A DNA stretch of 64,000 bases, taken from Gnetum montanum (taxonomy: Eukaryota > Plantae > Gnetophyta). Within the stretch, counting starts at the first letter, position 1. The number at the start of each line of letters is the position of its first letter. Made by a program: the position numbers and the translations under genes. The DNA lies in NCBI GenBank assembly GCA_015680685.1, contig MNCI01003262.1, positions 94,020 to 158,019 on the forward strand, read 5' to 3'. The notes beneath the pieces were generated by a model. That model was not told where the DNA came from, did not search any database, and saw only the letters and a list, made by a program, of their open reading frames with translations. Positions 57,320-64,000 of the stretch are shown one piece after another.

Positions 57320-60300
57320 CTATGGGAGCAAGGGCAGGAGCAAGAGTCGGAGCAAGAGCGAGTATGGGAGAGGGGTAGGTCATTGGTAGCAACATGAGTG
57401 GGGGAGAGGGGCAGGACATTGGCAACAACATGGGCAAGGGAGACCTTGGTGGGGGAGGGTCAGGAAGGGAGGTTGGGGGTCACCTTGGAGGTAGTGACAA
57501 CGATTCCAAAAGAGGGGATACTGATGGAGTGTTGGTGGGCAGTCAAGTGGAGAGGGCATGTTAGGGGTTTGTAGCATAGTTGGGTGGCAACCTAGGGCTG
57601 GCAACATCAATGCTTGCTCCCAGAGGAAAGGGTCTTTGTTGTTCCAAGTCCAACACATGCCAAGCAAGGGATTGTGAACCATGGAACTTAGCCTAATAGG
57701 AAAATTTGTTTCTACAGGCATGAGACCTAAGATAAAGATAATCAAGAAATGGGTTGTGGGAACATGGAGCCTGGGGGATGTTGGGGTACGTAGTCTATTG
57801 GATGATCTACTTTTTGTTTTCAGATCTACAAAGGATCAAGATCAAGTGCTTCTTGGGAGGCCATGGTTTTTTCAGTGTGAGGGGCCTTGCCCTTACACCA
57901 TGGCATCCTAGTGCACACAAGGCCCCAAACCTCTTCCCCTATGGATCTGAGTTTAGGCATTCCATGGGAATTATGGATGGTGGATTTCCTGAAATTCCTA
58001 GCGACTTACTTTGGGGAGTTTATCACTTTCGATAAATTCACTAACTCCATGGAGCATATGGGGTTTGCCAAGTCTTGTGTATGGAGGTCACTATCCTCCA
58101 AGAACCTCATCAATGAAGTGATATTGGATCTCCCATCTAGGGAAAACAAAGTCCTTGTAGAATACAAGAATATTTTGGCTAACAAGCCTCCTACGATTCA
58201 ATCAACTACTATGCCCTCTTGTACTATTTGTGGGAAAGCCAATCCTCATGCCACTACATGTAGGGTTAGGGCTAGGCCAGTGCATCCAATCAAAATGAGG
58301 GGCCCAAATGGATGGTGGTTGGGCACCGGGGTCACCCCATGTCCAGGCCCAAGAAGGCCGGTGATCCCTCAAGTCAAGGGGATTTGGGGGTTGGCTCCCT
58401 TGCGGCTCTAAAGACTAGTGCTTCTACTAGTCAAGCAAGTCAAGCGGCAACTCCCACGTGGTTCAAGGGGATGGGACCTCTAACCCTCTTGCTTCAAGCC
58501 TAGGAGAGAAATGTGGGGAACTGCCACCACTAGGGGATTGGGTACTGTGATGCATGGCTTCTTGATGCCAAATATAGCAGAGGTTCCTGGGGCAGTTGTG
58601 GAGTATGCTGGCAGGTTCCCAATCTCACCAGACACCAAGAAATTCAGCAGGCCACTAATGCCACTTGCTCACAATAAGAAGACACTATTGGAGATTGACT
58701 TCAGCATTCAAACTAACTTGAAAGAGGGCTACAGGTAGACCATGAAAATCATGTCCTAGAACTGTAGGGGCTAGGGTACACCCTATAAAAGAAATACCTT
58801 GAAGGATATTGTGCATAGGGAAGACTGCAACATCATTTGTTTGTAGGAGACAAAGCTACAACACAGAGAATCACAGTTGTTGTAGTGTGATGGATGGCAA
58901 ATGCAGTTTGTCGCTAGTTGTAGATGGGCTAGGGATTTGGCTATTCTCTCTAGGCTACCTTTCAAATTTGTGTGTTCTTCTCCTTAGAGCATTTTGTTGG
59001 TTTCATCAAGCTTCTAGCTTACTAACTACTATGGGGCTCAATGGTGGGAGAAGCGGCTAGTCGAGCTCAGGTAGATATCGTTGGTGATTCCAGACAGACA
59101 AACATGGATACTGGTTGGAGATTTCAACCAATGACTACATGCTTAGGAGAAGTCCGGTGGGGAGGTTATCGACCCCTCTTGGAGGAATTCAATTCATACA
59201 ATTTCTGCACACCCAAGATCTTGTAGACATGGAGACAAAGGCCTACCTCTTCACTTGGAGCAACAAGCAACAAGGATGGGATCGTGTTTTGTCCTAGATT
59301 GACAAAGTCTAGGTCAATTTTGATATCTTGATGAATCGTGAAATTTAGGTTTCTAGGTAAGAAAGATAGGCATCAGATCATTGGTCACTAATCTCTCAAG
59401 TCAGAAGGGCAAAGCACTTTGCTTTCTCGTTGTTCTGTATTGAGCGACCTTGGCTATCCAAGCCTTGATTAAGACCATTGGTCTCGAAGATATGAGCTCA
59501 ATATCCTGCTAAGGGGGATCCTCAGGACTTCCTCAAGTATGGCCTCAACACATTGAAAAGGAAGATTCACTCAAAGAAGAAGGAAGAAAAGTATTCATTT
59601 TGTACCCACCAAGAGGCTTTGCAAAACAGACTAGCTAATATACATGCCCACTAAGAGCATGGGGAATTGTTTGAAGAGGCCGAATAGGAGATTCTTAAGG
59701 ATCTCCAAGCGTTAGCTGAGGAAGAGGCTACATAGTGGCGACAACAATCTTGGATCATATGGCTAAAGGATGGGGATAGACCCACTCGTTTTTTCTTTGT
59801 CGTGGCAAAGTCAAACAACAAATCCAAGAAGATTTATCACTTGCTACATGAAGGGACCAATCTGCTCCAAGCTCAAGAAATTGTATAGGTAATTCAAACT
59901 TATAAGGCCAATATTTGGCATTGCCATGACACTCTCGTGCTTTCTGTCCCTATGCAAAGAGTGATTAGTATGGAAGATAACCACCAACTACTTGAACCTT
60001 TCACCTAGGTTGATTGGAGGCCACTATGGCCACTCTAAAGTTTGATAAGGCTCCTAAACAGGATGGCTAGCCTATTGAATTTTTTAGGGAGTTTGCTAAT
60101 GTCGTCAGTTAAATGTGTTGGACACTTTCATTACTATGCTCTGATGGCAACATGTACATTGTGAAATAAACTACTCCATAATTGTGCTTTTTCACAAGAC
60201 AACGAACCCTACAGAGCCATCTCAATTCAGACCCATCAAGGTTGGTAACACATTGCTTAGGTTGTTCACCACGATGCTGGTGTAATGGTTGGCTCCTTTC

Positions 60301-63300
60301 ATGTTGATGCTTGTAGGTGGGCATCAAGCTGGTTTCATTAAGAGGTGATTCCTTCAAGACCAAGTGATTCTATTACAAGAAATTCTTCACTTCCTCCAGA
60401 TGACTAAGTACCCCAATATGTGTCTTGAGTTAGATATTATGAAAGCCTATGACACTGTCATCTGGGATGCCTTGAGAGAAATTATGCTTCGCAAGGGATT
60501 TCATCCTAATTTTGTTAACCTTTGCATGCATCTTCAAGCTTCGATTGCTTACTTCTTTGATATCAATAGGAAGCTTTGGGGGTTTTCCTCCTTTGGACAA
60601 GGGTTAAGGCAAGGAAACCCTCTATCTCCCTATTTGTTTATCATGGTGATAATTGCAATGCAGGCATATTGTAAAAGAGAAGGGATGAAAGATCTTCAAA
60701 TTGTGGGGGTGGACTGTTTAGTAGAGCATTATACGGATGACATGATTCTGTTTACAAGGGCTGTACTGCCGCAAACGATTGCGATGGATAGAGCTCTCAA
60801 CATGATGGCAAAGGAAATCGAATTGGAAATCAACAAAGGGAAGTCTACGCTTCACCTTATCAATACTGATGGGCATGTGAGGGGGAGAATTACCCAGGTG
60901 TTGGGCATCTTGCCCAGCACAAATCACAATTCCTACGTAGGTATGCCTATCTTTGCTTGGCATAGGAAGAAAGCTTGGTCGACATTGATTCAAAGGCTGC
61001 AGCAACAGATTGGACATTGGACAATGCATTTCCTTACCATGGAGGGGAGAATTGCTCTTGCAATGGCTATCCTTTTAGCCATTGCCAAATTTATGGCTTT
61101 GGTGGCTTCGCCTCCTAAAGACATTATCCTCAAGGTGGACCAATTAATTAGGAACTTCATTGGGTCATGGGGTAAAGGGGGTGAGCATATGCATTTGGTT
61201 TGCTGGGATATTGTGGCCAGCCCCAAAGAGGTGGTGGTCTTGGGGTGCTAAAGTCTTTTGATGCAATCAACATGGGATATCAATTGCTCACTAACCAGTT
61301 GCTGCATATGGAAGACAATCTGGCCTAATGGATTCAAATAATGAATAACAAATACCAGAGATGGATGGTTGGGAACCAAGACTCACTCATTTGGAAAACT
61401 CTGTGCAAACATGTCCATGAGGTGGAGCAAAGGAGAATGCTGTGGTAGCAACCACATTGAATCATTACACACAAAATACCCCACGATAGAGGGCTAGCAG
61501 CCGATTTGGAAAGGCAGGCTCCCTGAAAAGATTAAAGCTTTTGTCTGGCTAGTGAGCCATGCTACGCTTCAGGTGTAGGTCATGCTTAGGGACCAAGGGT
61601 TAAACATTAATGATGCTTGCCCGCTTTGTACTAGGGACGCCAAAACATTGAGTCATTTTATTTGTTACTACTTGTACATCATTACCACTTGGCAAGCCAC
61701 TGCAATTCCCCCACCGCTTAAATTCGACGATGACTCCAAGGTGGCAACGATTTTGTGGAGTATCTAGTGAACTCGTAACAATTGAATCTTTCGAGGTATG
61801 CCACTTTCCTTGCCTACACAAGTCATTGCTAATGGTTTGAGGTTGTGGCCGGAAGCATTGGTTGCTATGGGGGTAACTCCTACCTTTGAGCCTTCGTGCG
61901 TAGCATTTCAAGAAAAGCTGGCATTATGGGAAATGGTGGAGAGGGTTGGCTAGGCCGACCTCCTGCCGATGCATGTGGCAGATCCCAATCTTGCCGATGA
62001 TTCTTTCTTCAAAAATTGGAATACAAACTTCACCACTTTCAAAGACATGCAAATTGAGCTTACGAAGGGGGCACTGGCGCAACTATTGGGGGCTCTAGCT
62101 AGAGGGGAGGTAATTCTACCAACAGGAAGGGGGATACAGGACACATACGATTTTTCCCTAGCCTCGTCCCAAAAACGACTAGTGGGCAACTGCCCAAGTC
62201 AACCCTGTCGTAGCTATGACAAGATGTCGTCGAATTTGTAGAGAGATTCTTCATTCAATTGGGGAATGTGCGAAAATTAAAAGGGGTGCATTTTTCCTTC
62301 TTGGAATCCCTACAGCTGGGACGTGTTGTCAACATTCCTAAATTTTTTCTAGTGTTGCTGCGGTGGGGGTAGTGTGGGCAGCACCATGGGCACTAGAGGT
62401 CCTGCCTTGCTAGGTCATGCATGTGTGTCAGGGGTCTATGGGGGTGGTGTCTAAAGTGTGGGATCCTCCTACACCCAAGGCTCCTCAAGTAGGCATGCCT
62501 TTGAAAGCGGATGCTACCATTGGACAGTCACCTTCCTCGAATGAGTTGGGGTGGGAGATGCAACAGTAGGCCAAAGCAAAGATGGAAAGAGATACGGTGG
62601 AAGTTGTTGAGCATGCTCGTGGAGAGGAGTGGGCTTTCTAGGAGGCTAAGTGGCAAGCACAGGAAGAGGAGTTCCAGCATCAACTTGTGTAATCTAAAGT
62701 TATGCCATTGGGAGATGGCTAGAGAGACCTTGAGGCAAATAGAGATTGTCGAGCCTATGAATAGGATTGCACTCGAAGACGAGTTATGCAAGCAACTCAG
62801 AGATCTTGTAGGAAGAACGTAACAAGATTGTACAAGAAAAGGAGGAACATGAGCACAAAGAGCAAGATCAACTAGAAGCCAAATAGTTGCAGAAACAACA
62901 AGATTGTGTGCACAAAACCAATGTTAGATCGTAGCTTTGCGAGGGCAAATGCCCTTACATAATGATGAATATTAATCGCAATAGATCTTGGTGGGCACTT
63001 TGATGCTTCATACAAAGGATCTCTGCTAAATTGCACTCAGATGGAAAGGGTGACATGGCTACCTATGCATGAAGGAAGAGGAATTTAAATGCTTCTAGCA
63101 AGCTACAGCTTTTATGAACATGGAAGGGCATTAGGCTGTGTTGGATGCCATACATGCTCAAGAGTGCACCACTTGTAAGTGTGTCCAATGGACTCAACAT
63201 ATCTAAGGAGGGAAATACCTCATTGGGGTTGGGGTTGTTTGATTCCCATCCGTTAGTTAATGTTGTTTGGGGGTCCGGTTGGGATCCATCTTGGGTGCAA

Positions 63301-63613
63301 TTTGGGTCAACTGTGATGGTGCTTGGACTATTGCTATTTACTATGTCTTGATATCTGTGGGTGCTTGGGAAGTTTTGGTTGGGGGTTTTGGTTAGGATGG
63401 AGGTCCACTGGATATGGCTATTGTGGGTGTTGGGGGTGGTTTTCACCCCTACTAGTTGGGGAGTTACTGACTCGTTCCGGTTTGGGGGGTTTTCTACTCT
63501 TGGTTAGGGGTGTTCTACCCCTTTCACCCGTTTTTGATTGTACATCAATTTCATGGATTGATTAATTTAATAACCTAAACATTTCTCAAAAAAAAAAAAC
63601 AAACAAACAAAAC
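57320..63613 (+). mobile_element. Near-full-length degraded LINE copy H
   Basis: ORF1 ~57680-58740; ORF2 start MKIMS*NCRG at 58742; RT ORF 60364-61251; zf-RVT; extension; J-domain ~62945-63190; poly-A at 63588. Confidence 0.92.
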
Positions 63614-63654
63614 AAAAACACATAGCCTACCCACAACATTGCAATACAATATTA

Positions 63655-64000
63655 ATATTAACAAGGCCAAGTCGGCGATCCATTTTCTTAATACGGACAG
63701 TAGGGTTCAAGGGTTGATCATTCAAGAGCTGGAAGTTCTTCTGAGGTCCTGCAAGGATGTTTATCTAGGTTTGCCACTCAGTCATCAACACAAGAAAACA
63801 TTGTGGGCACGGATTCTTGAAAAGCTCCACAAACATGTGGATCATTGGACTTGTCGATTTTTGACTCAGGTGAGTCGTGCCATGCTTGCTTCCTCAATGC
63901 TAGTGGCTACTGCTAGATAGGCTCCTTCTACAGCTTCTCCCCTTGCAACGATTATTGCCACAATTGATCAAATCATATAGGGGTTCACTTGGAGTGGGGG
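63655..64000 (+). mobile_element. LINE copy I, RT fragment running off the window
   Basis: NKAKSAIHFLNTD..YLGLPL; similar to copy A 12030-12370. Confidence 0.8.

Overview
Eukaryotic (land-plant) genomic DNA with giant introns and several N gaps. Two host genes converge tail-to-tail: the last five coding exons of an SNI1-like gene (+, 4277-42593, including a ~22.5 kb intron) and the last six exons of a rhamnogalacturonan lyase (-, 44576-53133). The introns hold about nine full or partial copies of one unusual L1-clade LINE family. After EN-RT-zf-RVT, its ORF2 continues in frame, where some plant L1s carry RNase H, into a plant-transposon-protein-like domain and a coiled coil. It then crosses an in-frame TAG shared by 6 of 7 copies and enters a DnaJ-type J-domain (HPD consensus) followed by an H..CxC tail. 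The youngest near-full-length LINE copy (24766-37318, 14-bp TSD) is split without loss or duplication by an endogenous pararetrovirus (Caulimoviridae-like: MP-CP-[gap]-RT-RH plus an orphan ORF, Met-tRNA PBS, TATA, AATAAA). The viral copy is slightly more than one genome long, its junctions show microhomology and snap-back repair, and it includes a ~205-bp inverted repeat of the MP gene. Also present: copia and RTE remnants, a solo LTR with TSD and two related LTR remnants, a MITE, SINE-like repeats and tandem repeats. All protein-family calls are by eye; no searches were run.
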